Shown piece after piece: positions 50,178-63,672 of a DNA stretch of 64,000 nucleotides. Source of the stretch: Antedon mediterranea (Eukaryota > Animalia > Echinodermata); assembly GCF_964355755.1 (NCBI RefSeq), contig NC_092670.1:26150795-26214794 (forward strand), in the 5' to 3' direction. The notes beneath the pieces were generated by a model that was given only the letters and a program-made list of their open reading frames with translations, searched no databases and was not told where the DNA came from. Each line of letters starts with the position of its first letter. Positions within the stretch are counted from its first letter, which is position 1. Made by a program: the position numbers and the translations under genes.

Positions 50178-53100
50178 GATCGAGACGTACGTACAGTGCT
50201 GAATGTACGATCGAGACTGTTGAAATATAAAATCGTAATGCCAAGTTGTTTTGTTTATTAATTGTTTAGTCCTTGGCCTAGGCCTCTTTCGTAGGTCCCA
50301 CTCAACTCGCACGCATGACCTGCCAAATAAAACGCCAATAAAGTAGCACTACATAGCACCACCGGCACACAACAGGGGCACACAACAGGGCTACACCACC
50401 ACACAGAACAGGACAGGGTCTGGGTGGGAATTAAATCAAAATTATCTCCGCGTAATAAATGATCCATTCAATGTTTGATTTGCGGAGAAGCTATAGCCTA
50501 TCATATCATGGAGGTATGTTCTTGGGAAAAAATCCCATCAAATGTTTACCAGACTACTAGGCATAGGCCTATAAAATAATTTCCAGCCTTCAGAAACTTT
50601 CATAAATGTACCCAAGTACACATTGTCTAAACGTAACATAGCGCATGCGCATCATCTTAGTTGTTGAGTCTTTGAAATTCTGAAATATGAATATTAAAAC
50701 GGTGTACGAGTGAGTAGCCAATCGCATGCAGCTGAAACTAGTCTACCGGATAATCGTATGCACCAAGAATTCTTGGTGTCAAACCACGTGACTTGTGCGT
50801 GTTTCCCCAGACGGAGTATCCAAAATCAAGTAGTATACGTATGAAACGCCATATGTGCCAAAATATTTATCTTTTTACTAATATTAAGACAAAACTCCGT
50901 CTGGAACCCAGACTACCCAGGGCATGTATGTATCTCCGTAACTACTGGTCGTAGACACTTGAATTTGGTTTTAAATTGTTCGAAATATATATTTTGTTAT
51001 TTGTTACACATTTTGAAAAATGATCATCTTTTCTCCAAATTTTCTGTTAGAATGAATGTAAATATGTGTATTTCTAACAATTTGATACTAAATTTAAGTT
51101 TCTACTACCAGTACTTACAGAGATATGAAGATGCCATGATATATTTCTTACAAAAAAGATATATTTTCCCCTGAAAAATATTTTTTATTTCAAATTTGTC
51201 ATTTTATTGTCACATAATAGTTATTCACGTTAACCAAACATTTGTTTACCTGAAAAAAATGTAATTTAAAACCAAAAAAAATGGTTTTTGGGTTATAATT
51301 AAACAATTCTTTTCTCTTTTTATACGTAAATAAATAATGTTTTGTTACAGAAGTGAATAACTTGTACTGTATTTGAAGTAAAATACAAGAAGAATTCCTA
51401 CTGAAAGACTCAATTTTTGTCACTTTAGTTTATTTTATTGCTAAGGTCAAGTCTGGGGGTCACTTCATCAAGCCTAGATACTTCTAGTGTGAAGTATCCT
51501 ATTACAAACAAAAACTTTAATGGACTGTATTGATAATAATTCAATGATTATCTGACAACTTTGCTTTGGGATTTGTAATTTTAGCATGACATGTCCTAGT
51601 TTACAAAAAAAGAAAAACGTCGGCCTCTAGTACTATAACTGCTGCTTGCATGAGTAGTCCTCTTGGGATGTAGCTGGCTAAAGCAGCAGCATGAAAAACT
51701 TGCAGATAGGCACTTTCTGTTTCATACTAAGGTAAACGATTTATAATTATGTCAATTATTTTACAATTTTTTAAGTAGTTTATCTCAGTTGCTGCTTTTA
51801 CGGGTGTTTTCGAGAGAGCTTTTCCAACTTTCGCAAGTCATTGATTGACACCGAAGTGTTTAAGTTGATGTTGTTAATATTATGTTGCCTAACAAAAAAA
51901 CATCAGTGCAATGAAATACGGTCTTAAGACGTATGAATGACTTAATAAATTGAATCTGAATCTGCTCCGCCAAAATATTTTGATATAGAGGTTCAGACAT
52001 TCTGGGGTACATTTAAATTGTATTATTTGTATGTTCCCTTTAAATGTCTTATTTTCAAATATACTTGTCAAACTAGTGTCTGAACATACTGCTCCGGCTT
52101 GTCTCTGGTGTTTCAGCACAAAATGTTTTTGTTATTAAGCTCAGAGATAAGATCAGCCTTTTTACATGATGCATCTTCTTCAATGAAAAATATGTGCAAA
52201 GCGTAACCAAATAACATAACCCAGCAAACATTTTTTTAGGCCAAGTTACTTAAAAATAACTCATTAACAGACAGTCAAATGGACATACTTTTTGCATTCA
52301 AATGTTCTAGATAAGCCTATTTGCTCAATTAATTGACTAAAAGTTATATAAAAAAATATCAATTTTTTTATACAATTGTATGCTTACAGGATGGAAAATC
52401 TTGTCTTTTGAAAATTATAGGTGTGCTAATTGCACTCCTCAATACATTCAGGGATGCTCTAGTTGTGCTGTTTGTATTTTGGTGTGTAGAAGTTGACCAA
52501 ATTTAAGCGGGTTGTAAATCGCACTTCTCAAGGGCAGTTTAGGAGGTTAGGTGAGTGGTCGCACTCGCTTGCCTTAAAAGACAAGGCCTGTGGATGAAGT
52601 ATAATTTTAACTATTTTGAGTAATTTTAAGGGTCGGGTACGAAATTACATTAGCGGCAAAATGATTGTACGTATTGTTATCGGCGGCAGCAGCAGTAAGT
52701 ACAGTGCTGGCGCCAAGATTATGTAGGCCTATTACATCATAGTCGAATACAGTATTTTACTAGGCCTACATACTTCTTTTTCACCACCAATCTATTGGAA
52801 TATACATACATAATATATCTGGGAGTAGCTATCCCCACGACACAAATGTATACAGATGGCCGTGGAAGGTGGCATTTCGCAAGTTTAGTTAAAACTTGTA
52901 TTCTGGTTATCACATGTTTGATTCGTGGTTGGTTGCATGGTTCTCTCTTGACGTTCACCGGAGGTGAAATATACTCGCCAATTTGGTGAATAACATTAAT
53001 AGGGAGTTTTCGCAATCTTACGAATACGATAACGAAAACATATACCTCACATACGTATTCGTTTTTCGTAAGTCAGTAAAAATCTGTTTCGCATGGCAAC

Positions 53101-54431
53101 AAAATATTGAGGGCGCCATCCAAAATATGACTGCTGTAAATTTGAGCGAAGCGCAGGTACGTGGTGCTTGGCTGCCTAGGCCTAGCGTAACATCAAAGCG
53201 TGTGAGGACTTAAAAACTGCTGTTTATCAAAACTGACCTGGTATTTTAGTAAATTACATTATAATCATGAATCATTCCCGATTCAAATGCAAAATGTGCA
53301 AAATAGATCAAAAACTATACTCGTTTTGTCATTATTATTTTATAATTATTTCTTAAGAAGCTGTCCGATCAGGACAGCGAAACTGTCAAGGTTAGTTTTT
53401 ACTAATTATTGGTTTGGAAAAAAGATGCTATCTCACGACGACCAGTCTTGTCTACCTGTAGATTCAACTCAGACAGCACCGACGAGTCTAGTTCAGACAA
53501 GACATCTCGTCGGACCTCGTCGTACGACGCTGTCCGAGTTGGCCTTTAGGCGGAGTCGACTGTATATGGTCCTATTGCGATAACCTTTTTCGTCTTTAAA
53601 TGGTTAAAAATGTGAAAAATAAGTCGATTCTAATATCCCAAAATGCATTGCGCACGGATTGATATTTCTGTTTTTCTTCTGTAATCCACCCACTTTTTGA
53701 TCGATTGTGCGGCCAAATGGAAGACTCCTAACTTTTCAGCGAAAATACCGGGTTTTCCCCAATTTGTATCAACCGAGTCTGGCAAAAATAGAAAGACAAT
53801 TAATGCAGCAACTATACGTCAGGCTAGGTATATAGCTAGCGTACGATGTTCGTACGTTACCGATATTTACCACCTAGGCCTAAAAAAACTAAGCCTAGCT
53901 AGGCTAGGCCTAAAGACCGTCCACGAGAGGTCAGTCGCCGCGAGCTACTTAGGTAGTGCATTGTTTCTCACTTTTTATCATAAATTACCATAAAGACAAG
54001 GAATGACCTGGTTTAATGTTTTTAAAGTAATACTGTATATGTATTATTTTTTTTTAATGTCACAAATTGTAGGGAAGGTGTCTTTAAAGACACTTTCCTA
54101 GTTTTTCTATTTAATTTAAGGTCACAAACTGCAATTTATGTAAAAATAAATACTATATGGTGTGGTAGTGGATTGTTCTTTTTATCATAATTGACCATAA
54201 AATGTAAATTTGAGACAAGGAATGACCAGATGTAATGTTTATTATTTTTTCAAAATGTCAAAACATTGTAGGGAATGGTTTTTAAATTAAATTGGTTTAT
54301 CTTATTTCTCAAAACTGGTATTCAGCTTTTTGTACAGATTCTGAAATTCACAAATAAAGCAAACTATGTTATTATTTTCCTATTGTTTTTTCTTTTTTAA
54401 TGACACAAGAACATTATTTTACAGAGGGCAC

Positions 54432-57400
54432 TTAGAATCGCAGCTTCTGGAAAAACCATTTGTTCTTGCCAGTCTTGTACCTGCAAGAGACAAAAACACT
54501 AATGTTTAGAAAATTATTAAAATATCAATACTAGGTAAAATCCTGGCCTAGCTAGGCTAGGAGATGAGAAATATTGTAGCCATTCAATGTACTGGTTAGC
54601 CTAATTTAACTATACGTATATATACCATATATTTGCATTAATGATTTGTCGTGTTTATAAACCAATTTGACACGTTTTACATTCATCACAAAATAACTCG
54701 CACTATCAGCGTTTTTAGGTTTTAGGTATTGTACCCGATTTTTATCCATGAAATTCTATTAATCCTGAATGTGGAATAACCATCATGGAATATTTTCGCT
54801 AATATCGCAAAAGTGAGCAATTCAATTTGAATGCTAGCTCTGTTTTTTTGTAGGTTAAGGCTAGTTTCTGGGATATAATTAGTTACAGTACCGTGACGCA
54901 GTGTGTGTGGATTACCGATCGTGAGGTTGTGGTTCGAATCTAATAGGATTTTTTTTTAATTTTATAAACGCGAAAGTGCATATCGGAAAAAGTAGATGTT
55001 TGGCAAAGAAAACATTTTCATATCACCAGTGTTTCGCACTGCAATTTGACAAAACGTTACGCCCAGAGAGTTCTAGAAGTGTACAGGCTCAATGAACTAC
55101 ATGCGAGAATTAATCTTGTGTTTATCGCACTCTTCGTTTGCGGCGGCCAGCTAACCGTATTGGCTGTTATGGTTTGAACTCAACCCTGTTTTGGTTATTT
55201 CTGAACTTAATACATAAATTACATCCGGTTAGTTTCTAAGATGCGCAACGTACCTTTGGTTATAAATGCCGTACAATTTTTGTCGTCTACTAGCCTAGCT
55301 AGGCCAGGATTTTAAGGCAGCGGCAATCTTAATTAGCGGACAGGGCCAACCACCATGGCGAGAACCCTGCATATTAAGCACTATGCATCTACCTCTTTTT
55401 TTAATGCTTATTCATCTACATCTCTACACATTGGCAATCGCGTGTTCCTGTAATCACATGACTGATTCACAGCGCTTGCTAGATTCCATTATTGATTCCA
55501 CTAAGTATTTTAAGAAAATATTAAACATGTACCCTCAACCACTGTTTATTCAAAACAGTTAATTCGTTACACCGCTAAATTGCATATTCTGTTATCACGC
55601 AACTGATTTGACCACATGCTTCGGGCAAAGGGGACAATAAAAATATATATTTTTTTGCCAAATTTATTATTCCACGACAAAAATTACCATCAGCCCCAGA
55701 CCTTGCGGTGTGCTGTAGAGAGGTTCCTTCATGCATGAGATCATCGTCAACATAAATTGGTAGAGTCCATTATTTATGGGAGCATTCCCTTCTTAAAATG
55801 GATCTGAAATGGATTTTCGATTTTTTTCATTTTAGAATGATGTTTTGGGGGCTATTAGGTGTTGCTAGAATGTATATTGTTACAAAATATAAATTGGCCC
55901 TTTTGGGGAAAGCCCCATTTGAAAATCAAAAAAATTCGCGGGTGACGTCACTTTGCGAATATATTCCTATCCCTCCAATGGACAATTTGCAGTTTTTTGG
56001 CTATAACTCTTGAAATCTATGGAGTATTTTCTAAAAAATGCTTGTGCATTTGCAGAAACGTATTTAGAATTTTTTTAGATAAAATTATTACCGTATAAAC
56101 GGTTATTCATAAAATCTTAAAATCAACGGTTTTTTTCTGGCAATACCGAAGTTGGCCTGGCAACGTTGTCCGGGATACAGCTCCGTGCGCAATGATGCGT
56201 ATCCATATTTTCCGTTCGTGTATTTTGTATATCGTTCGTAATTTATACTGCTAAAATGGGTTAGTTTCTTTAGTTTTTAGTTTAGCAGAATTAAATTAGC
56301 AATATGAGATGATAATTTATTTGTCACGAATCAGGCAGTTCGAAAACGAATTTTATTCATATTTTACTGTGGCTTGACAATGAGCGCAGCAAGTTGTTGA
56401 TATTGCTTTGGTCCTTGGATGCACATGAAACGGAGCCTCGCCGCATGATGTGGGTGGTGGATCGACTCCGCGCGCTGGATTGGGGGCCTAGCCTAGGCCT
56501 AGTAAAGGTTTGGGAGGTAGGCCTTCTAAATTCGGGTTTTAGAACAAACGAAGTACATTTTAGGGACCTATATTTCAACAAAATTAGATATTGACTAAAT
56601 TAGTATTAGTGTCATGTCAACGCTTCGGGTATCTTTCCAGGCCGTCGATCATTCACTGACTATCGGGCGGCATACACACTCTCGATATCATCGTATGTAT
56701 ATGTGACGTCGTGAATATAGAGGCTTCCGACGGCCGTTAAAATAGAATATTGCAATGGCGTGAGTAATTTTCGCTAATTTACCATGGTATCTTAAAATTT
56801 TGTTTTTACTCAAAATACTATACATTTTGTTTTTATTTGTATGGGTTTGTGTTAATTTGATACATTTAAATAACATGTGTGAATTTCTTGAAAATCGAAA
56901 GTCCATTTCAGGTCCATTTTAAGAAAAAATTAAACTTGTGCTTCGACTTAACTGAAAATAGACTGCCTATAACTAGGTATCCCAATGTAAAAATTCAAAT
57001 TAATGATGGTACTTTTTCTTTCAGTTAATCAGAAGGAACTTACTGAACATAAACTTTTGCAATTTAAATGATTGAAATCGGATTATCCATTCAAAAGTTA
57101 TGGTCCGTTAAAGTGCCCAAAAAACAGTGATTTTTGCTTGAAAAATGGCACTTTTTCTAATTATATTTGAACCCATTTTTGAAGGGTTATAACTTTTATA
57201 CTAATAATTTTAAAGTTCTTATTTTTTCCAAACCCATAGATACAACAGAGTTGTACAAGAATATTTTTTTTTGGGTGTCCTCGACATTTTTTTTTTTAGA
57301 TATTGCCCTCCAAAATTCGTCCGAGGGCTTTTTACGCGTGATTTTCCCAATGTCTCAAAAATGTCCAAAAAGTTCCGGTCTTTAAATGATTCATAACTTT

Positions 57401-60260
57401 TGAACCAATGTGTGAATTAACTTCTTTTTTTTTTGCATTGCATAAAATGTAATATGTATTTTAGTAAGGTTATTTATATTGACAGGTAGGTAATTCTGAA
57501 ATACAACATAAAATATTGTTAAAAAATGTTAAAATGTGAAAAAAAAAAAATATTGCGTTAAAAAACTGTGTGGGTATTTTTTCTTTTCATTAAATATTAT
57601 TTTTCGTAAGTATACATTTTTTTTATAATTCTAGTATTTAAAGTTATATTTATAATCATATATTATTTTAATTGATTTTCGAACCGCCAAAAATAAGAAT
57701 TAAGCCCGTGCTTATTATGTGTTACGATTTCATTTGGAGCGCCGGGCCGAACGTAGACTCAGCCGCGCCTACTACAAGTTAAGTTATATAGGCCCCTAGA
57801 AGGTCTAAATAAAAGCCTGACGCTAAATTCTGCCTAAGAAATATCGGGAAGAAATTTTGTATTTAACAAAGTAATTACCTCAATGGTATAATTGTAACAT
57901 GTTTAATTTTATTTCTCTTCGATTATTCTAACCGAAAGTTGTACTTTGAATTGAAATATACGGAATAAAATTTAGGCCTAGAAACAGCGTAGACATACAA
58001 CGGCAACACAGGCCAAAGCGCGTTTCGGCCGCCTACATAGAATGGCTTACGGCCGCTGCATAGCCAAATCAAAGCTTCTTAAATTTCTTCGGTACATTTA
58101 TTCCTAACGTACTTGCTTTATATAGTAGATTTATAAATATTCCACTTATTAAATAATTTAATAAATCGGTAAAATTGACGTTTCGAAGCAAATATTCCAT
58201 GAGGCGACATTTTTCGACATGCCTCGTGTGCGGCGAAGACTAGTTCAGAAAATGGAACAGTCCACTGCAGGGGTTATCCAATCATTAATTAACGCGCTAA
58301 TACATGCATACCATGCACATTGTCTGGGCGACGGTAATTTAGTAATAAGCGGAGAACTGAATCCCCCCGTAAGGAAAATGGTAAACACTGATATTTATGG
58401 TAGGGATTATTTTTTTCAGTGGTTGGTCTTGTTGGCCTCTTCGCACGAGGTCCACGCAAAGTCAAATAAAACGATGTGGTTTATCAAACAGAAATATAAA
58501 TTAGCTTCAATTCAATACTAAATTAGCCAGATTTTGATAATGAGAAAGACTAAAAAATTAAATTTTTATCGTTAAAATTGACATTTGAGGCGGATGTACA
58601 TAATAATAATAACCGATTTACATATCAAAATAAAGAGTATTTAAAGCCTGATAACATGCTACAAAAATTACTCCACCACCTATTATGGACCTCGTGCGAT
58701 CGTGTTTTGAAAATGGGTAGGTGTTTTCCAAAGTTATTTTTAGCGCGCGGATTTCGGCTCGCCGGCTTTTGTACCTCATTTTTAACTTGCGTTTTCTATT
58801 AAAATATTTAATAAACATAGATTAAAAATATATGAAAATAATCCCTTAAACAAGATCTTTCCAGACATATAATTTTTATTCACATGTGTATATAAGAAAT
58901 AGTATATTTTTAACTTCAAAGACACGTCACTTTTTGAAATTTCACGAACGTGTTAAAATCGCGGTAACGAAAATCCGCTTCATTGGGATACCTACTATAA
59001 CAAATTTGTTAGTGGGTCTTTTCCCCATCCCAATATTTTTTTAAAGTACATCTCCGTTTTAAATATTTTTTGATATACAGGTACTTTAATTATAATAAAT
59101 CCAAAATCTAACCTTTCAACAAATTTGGATTTGACTTCTCTCCTGGCCTTCTTTTTTAGACCTGGATCTTTAAAAGCATCTTTGTTCACAACATTCTTGT
59201 TAACAGAAACATCTACTGAGTATCTAAATCAAAGTAATATTGGTTTGGGAATTATATTCTACACATAACTGCAGTTATAGACTCCAAGAAGTTGGAATGT
59301 AACACTTATCATCGCAACTTATTATATAATGTTTATGTTTAGTTTGCGACGTTTCAAGAAGCGAGTACCCAAAATTTTCACATCGCCTAGCAACACTCTC
59401 GACGTCAGACACCGGGTATCAACATTTGCACTTTGTATATAGAGTTCAGCGGTGTGACGTCGCATCGATAGAGGACGCTGCATGGTTGCTAGCCAACAAA
59501 AAATCCATTCAACGCTACTATGTTGGTAAACTGTATAGATCTGTATTTCTATCAAATTATGTATCTTAGCTTGATTTTTTTTAAAACTTAAACTAAAGTT
59601 GAAGAATAGATCATTAAACCATTGGTGACCTGAGAGTCACTCGGGCAGGTTGAATGCCCGAGCACGCATTGTCGCCTACCGTCGTGACGTCAGCACCGCA
59701 GAACTCTATGGTGTGCGCGCCAGTGTGTGCAAACGGATGTGAAACAATAAATTGGGTACTGTAGAGCCGCAAGTCGTAAAATCAACACAAGACATAAAAA
59801 TCAACAAAATACCTTTTAAAAATATGAGAAAAGGGTCCAAGTGTGCAAATAAAATATCAAAAACTGCTGGCCCAAAATGATTTTCATAGAAAGTTTGTTT
59901 TCAGAATCTCTATTCATGAGTATATATATTTATTAGTAGTTTGTGCAACATTTAACTGCTTTTACCTGTTTATTTATTTAGTCTAATGATTATTTAAATG
60001 AAAATTTACCTGGTCGGCATGAGATGGTTATAGTTATAAACCTTGACAAATGTTTTAATTTTGGATCGTTGCTTAGTTTTTTTTTTACTCATTCTTTTCG
60101 TCACTTTTCGAGGATAACGATCAATTCCTGCCACTAGGGCATGACCATACATTCTGTCTGATGAGCCATCATCATGATTCTTGACAATTACAGCTTTGCG
60201 ACCTGCAAATCGACCGCCAAGTACTAGAACCACTCGCCCAGGTTTCATAAATTTGCCCAT
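54432..60260 (-). CDS. RPL27: 60S ribosomal protein L27 (eL27). Coding exons 60260-60010, 59223-59113, 54480-54432 (411 nt, 136 aa)
   Basis: [28 protein letters not shown]...NYNHLMPTR|YSVDV...[23 protein letters not shown]|[15 protein letters not shown]. Introns are GT-AG and phases are consistent. Confidence 0.97.
54536..55314. mobile_element. Segment bounded by a 25-bp inverted repeat (possible MITE)
   Basis: TAAAATCCTGGCCTAGCTAGGCTAG at 54536-54560 and its exact reverse complement at 55290-55314. Confidence 0.55.
55790..59000. mobile_element. Cluster of decayed DNA-element pieces in RPL27 intron 3
   Basis: Inverted pairs at 55790-55826 / 56891-56926 and 56968-56987 / 58981-59000; true boundaries uncertain. 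Confidence 0.45.
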
Positions 60261-60488
60261 GGCTGAAAAAGAACATATACCAAGTGAGTAAACAAAGTTA
60301 AAATTTAAGAAAGCATCAATAGGTACAATGTCAGTCAAACATACCACTAAACTAGTGTAGGTTTTGCTTTTTGCCTAATAGCATTGATTGGTTTTTTTCC
60401 CTATCTATCATGTAATGAGCATCATCATTCATGCATTACCTGCACAGTTTTTGTTGAAAGATTATTTATGGTATTCAGGTTTAATATA

Positions 60489-62584
60489 CCGTATATTTCG
60501 GTGTATAAGTCGCACTTTTGACCCGCAAATTTGACCTCTAAATTAAGGGTGCGTATTATACACCGAACATAAATGCCTCATCACACAGATTGTACATATT
60601 GGCCTATCGTCACCTCGTTTGCTAGGCCTGAGTAGGCTAGGCCTAGCTACAGTATACTAACGTAACGGCAACCTGCTTCTGCCTAGTTTTCAAGGCATTT
60701 TAGCATGATGTTATACTAAATATGATGAAAAGATTTGTTCATTATGGAGCAGTTTTAGGCGCTCCGATAAATTTCATTTGTAAACGTTTACGTACGATTG
60801 GAATAGTATTTATTTATAGTTATAATACGCACAATCGCCGTACCCCTAGCGCAAGCCCTTCTTGGGCGGCCACATGGTGTACGGCATTCGACTAGTATAT
60901 TATCCAGGTGATTATAGCATGGACCTAGCGTACACACTTCTCGGATACATAGATACTAATCGCATACGATTGTCCGTGAAAACGTGCGCCCTCTCGAAAT
61001 GATCGAGCGAGGCTAGCCCACACACGTACATTGTGTTACATACACGGTCATGCACTCGATGTTGTTGCGGGTGCGAAACTCATGAATAACAAGTTAGAAA
61101 GAACTTGTTGAGGCTGGGCACGGCCGAGCCTAGGTAAGAAAAAACCTAAATAAAGGACGCCGTTGTAGATTTAACAAATTATATTATTACAATAAGGCCA
61201 AATAAAAAAACATACTTGTTAAGCGTCACCGCCCGCTCCTGATTATCCAGCCGCCTCTCTTTTTATTTTTATTTTTTTTTTACCCATATACAACGGAAAG
61301 TTTAGCGGCCCGGCCCAGCTCCAGAGCAGGGCTCAAAATTCACGCTAGCAAACTAGCATTTTGCTAGTAGATTCTTTATAATTGCTAGTTGAAAATTTCA
61401 AAACTAGCAAATGTTTGCTAGGCTGGTGTAATTTTTGAAAAATACGTACTTCTTAGCTTAGCCACGCTAGCTAGCCACCGATCGCTCTATGTCGACAACG
61501 GCAATTTGGTGAAAACAATTGTTTCATTTACACGCCGCCGATTTACGTCAAGGAAACGCGAATAGCACCGCGAATCATGTGTGGTAAACAGCAAGCTTTT
61601 TCCCCAACACATTAAATCACGTGCATTTAGTACGTCGCTGAGGATTACATCATCAGTCACGTGATAGAATACACGATTATCAATTTAGGGATTACTGAAA
61701 TAAATATTTTGCCTACACAGTGGTCGAAACGCGTTTTTTATAGGTTCGTAAATAGGAAACACCCCATACATAATGGACTCTACCAATTTTGTTTACGATG
61801 ATCTCGCGCTCGAGATCGGCACACCACGAGGGTCCTGTTGGGCGATGGGCCCGGCGATGCGTTTTCTTATGCCTGGTTTACCTGTGGAATAATTACACAC
61901 ACTTTTCGCATCACAACTTTAAATACTGATTTACACAAAGAAGAATGAATACGTTGAATAAAAATTCACTTAAGAAATGCCGTAAGCTGTTTTCAAAATC
62001 AGCCCACTATAATTTAGTATTATTGAGACCAACATCATGCTTCTCGCGATAGGGAATTTCCTGGATAGATGAGTCGAGCGAGAGACGGCGGACCATGGCC
62101 GCCGATGAGTGAGGCGGGGGTGGCAGCTTGGACGGATTAGCCTAGGGCCTACAATTTCGCTCGGTGGCAATTAAATTTAATGTTTTAATTACGTCTGGAT
62201 ATAAACAATACAAAACTCAATTTTGTCATCGGCAATAATATTTCATACATAGTCAATTTTGTTCTGTTTCGCATTTTAAAAGTTTGACGTTTCGTCCTAA
62301 AAAAAAGTGGGCCAAAACGTCCATCGCGCAAAATTATACCTCCATAAAAAGTAAAAAAAAAAAAAAAAAAACCGTCCCCCCGCCCCTGAAAATTTATGAG
62401 GGTGTGACGCTTAACAAGTATTTTTTTTTATTTGGCCTAATATTGATTACAATTTAAAAAAACATTGTTTTGATGAAATATAAGGTGCGTCTTATACATC
62501 GACGATATAAAAAATACCGATATTTTACTCTCAGTTAGGGGTGCGTCTTATACACAGGTGCGACTTATACACCGAAATATACGG
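60489..62584. mobile_element. Tc1/mariner-pogo-type element (second copy) with a nested insertion
   Basis: Same TIR and TA TSD as 37820-38631, in the opposite orientation. Confidence 0.9.
61196..62437. mobile_element. PIF/Harbinger-like non-autonomous element (TAA TSD)
   Basis: TAA|GGCCAAATAAAAAAA..TACTTGTTAAGCGTCAC ... GTGACGCTTAACAAGTA..TTTTTTATTTGGCC|TAA. The host copy at ~37940-37960 shows the empty site with a single TAA. Confidence 0.88.
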
Positions 62585-62686
62585 TACATATGACCAAAAA
62601 AACAGCTTAAATCAGTTGGCTAGGATAGTTGCTACAAGGTGGGCTTGGGTCTAGGCCTAGTGGGTTGGGTTGGGTAAACTGTACAT

Positions 62687-63231
62687 GGTAACGGGACGAT
62701 TCAGCCCTGAGACAATTCGGCCCTGGGACGATTTGCACACTTAAATTTTATCGGCTTTGATATGCATTTTTTAAGCATAAAATAAGCTATTTTCCCCAAA
62801 CTTTAATTTCAGAGAGACGATAGGGTAGTACTACTATAGGAATAAAGATGAAATAAAGCAAATATTTTGAAAACATTGTCGAAAATGATCATTTTTTAGT
62901 CACGCGAACAATGTAAACAAGTTACGCCCTCTGTTGGCCGCTTGGCGAGTGCACGAAATAAACAAGGTTTTCGAAGTAATAAATTGAATATAAAATTACG
63001 TATTTTTAGTAATTTATTATATATAAAATATCAACATTGTCAATATCAATAAAATACGGATTGTTAAACACCTTTAAAAACTTGATAAATACCAAAAAAA
63101 ATGTATATGAATTTGGTCTAAAGTGAGACGTTTCGGCCAACAAAGTGGGATGTTTCGGCCTAAAGTGGGCCGAATCGTCCAACAGTGGGCCGAATCATCC
63201 CACCAAAAGTGGGCCGAATCGTCCTGGAACC
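62687..63231. mobile_element. MITE with GACGATTCGGCCC subterminal repeats (second copy)
   Basis: Collinear with 8013-8594; flanks CTGTACAT / CCGTACAT form an 8-bp TSD with one mismatch. Confidence 0.8.
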
Positions 63232-63634
63232 CCGTACATCACACGAAAATGGCAAATGATGCAGCAGAAGTAGGGCCTACTATATATTCATGTTCAATAA
63301 CATATGCATTTATAACTCAATTCTATAGGAGTTATTTAAAAATAATAGACCTGGACCTATTGGGCGAAACTTTAAATGGAAAAGCTATATAGCGTAAATC
63401 AAGGCTAGGTATTTATCTGGCCCGGTAACTGTACTCTACTAGCTAGGCCTAAATAGGCTAGACTAGAGCTCCGATGTACTACATATTTGCAGTTTTATTA
63501 ATAAAATACATACAATTAAAATTATTACGTTCAATTAACTAAATTATTGTTACGTTAACTATTATTATTATTTAATTCTCTACAATTGCGGATCATGTGG
63601 ATAATACAGGATTTTTTTTGTCGTATTTTCCTAC

Positions 63635-63672
63635 CTAACAGCTCCAACCAACAGCAGCCTGAAAAAAGGAAG
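63635..63672 (-). promoter_or_regulatory. RPL27: Probable non-coding exon 1 of RPL27 with polypyrimidine (5'TOP/TCT) start
   Basis: The minus strand reads CTTCCTTTTTTCAGGCTGCTGTTGGTTGGAGCTGTTAG|gtagg: a C-initiated pyrimidine run then a donor site. It can splice to the acceptor 2 nt before the ATG (exon starts 60262). This is the usual RP gene layout. Confidence 0.75.

Larger units (their letters stand above)
47533..50915 (+). mobile_element. Hairpin-ended AcademH-like element (10-bp TSD) carrying two nested insertions
   Basis: TSD CCCAGGGCAT at 47523-47532 and 50916-50925. 47533-47776 plus 50187-50915 is collinear with 38706-39686. Confidence 0.88.

Noticed and set aside
54887-54947. tRNA gene (B-box GGTTCGAATC at ~54931)
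   Set aside because: No complete cloverleaf or acceptor stem. At most a decayed tRNA-derived SINE head.
988-63392. Remaining short ORFs (60-130 aa) in the ORF track
   Set aside because: They show no conserved motifs or splice support, many use non-ATG starts, and they lie in introns or repeats.
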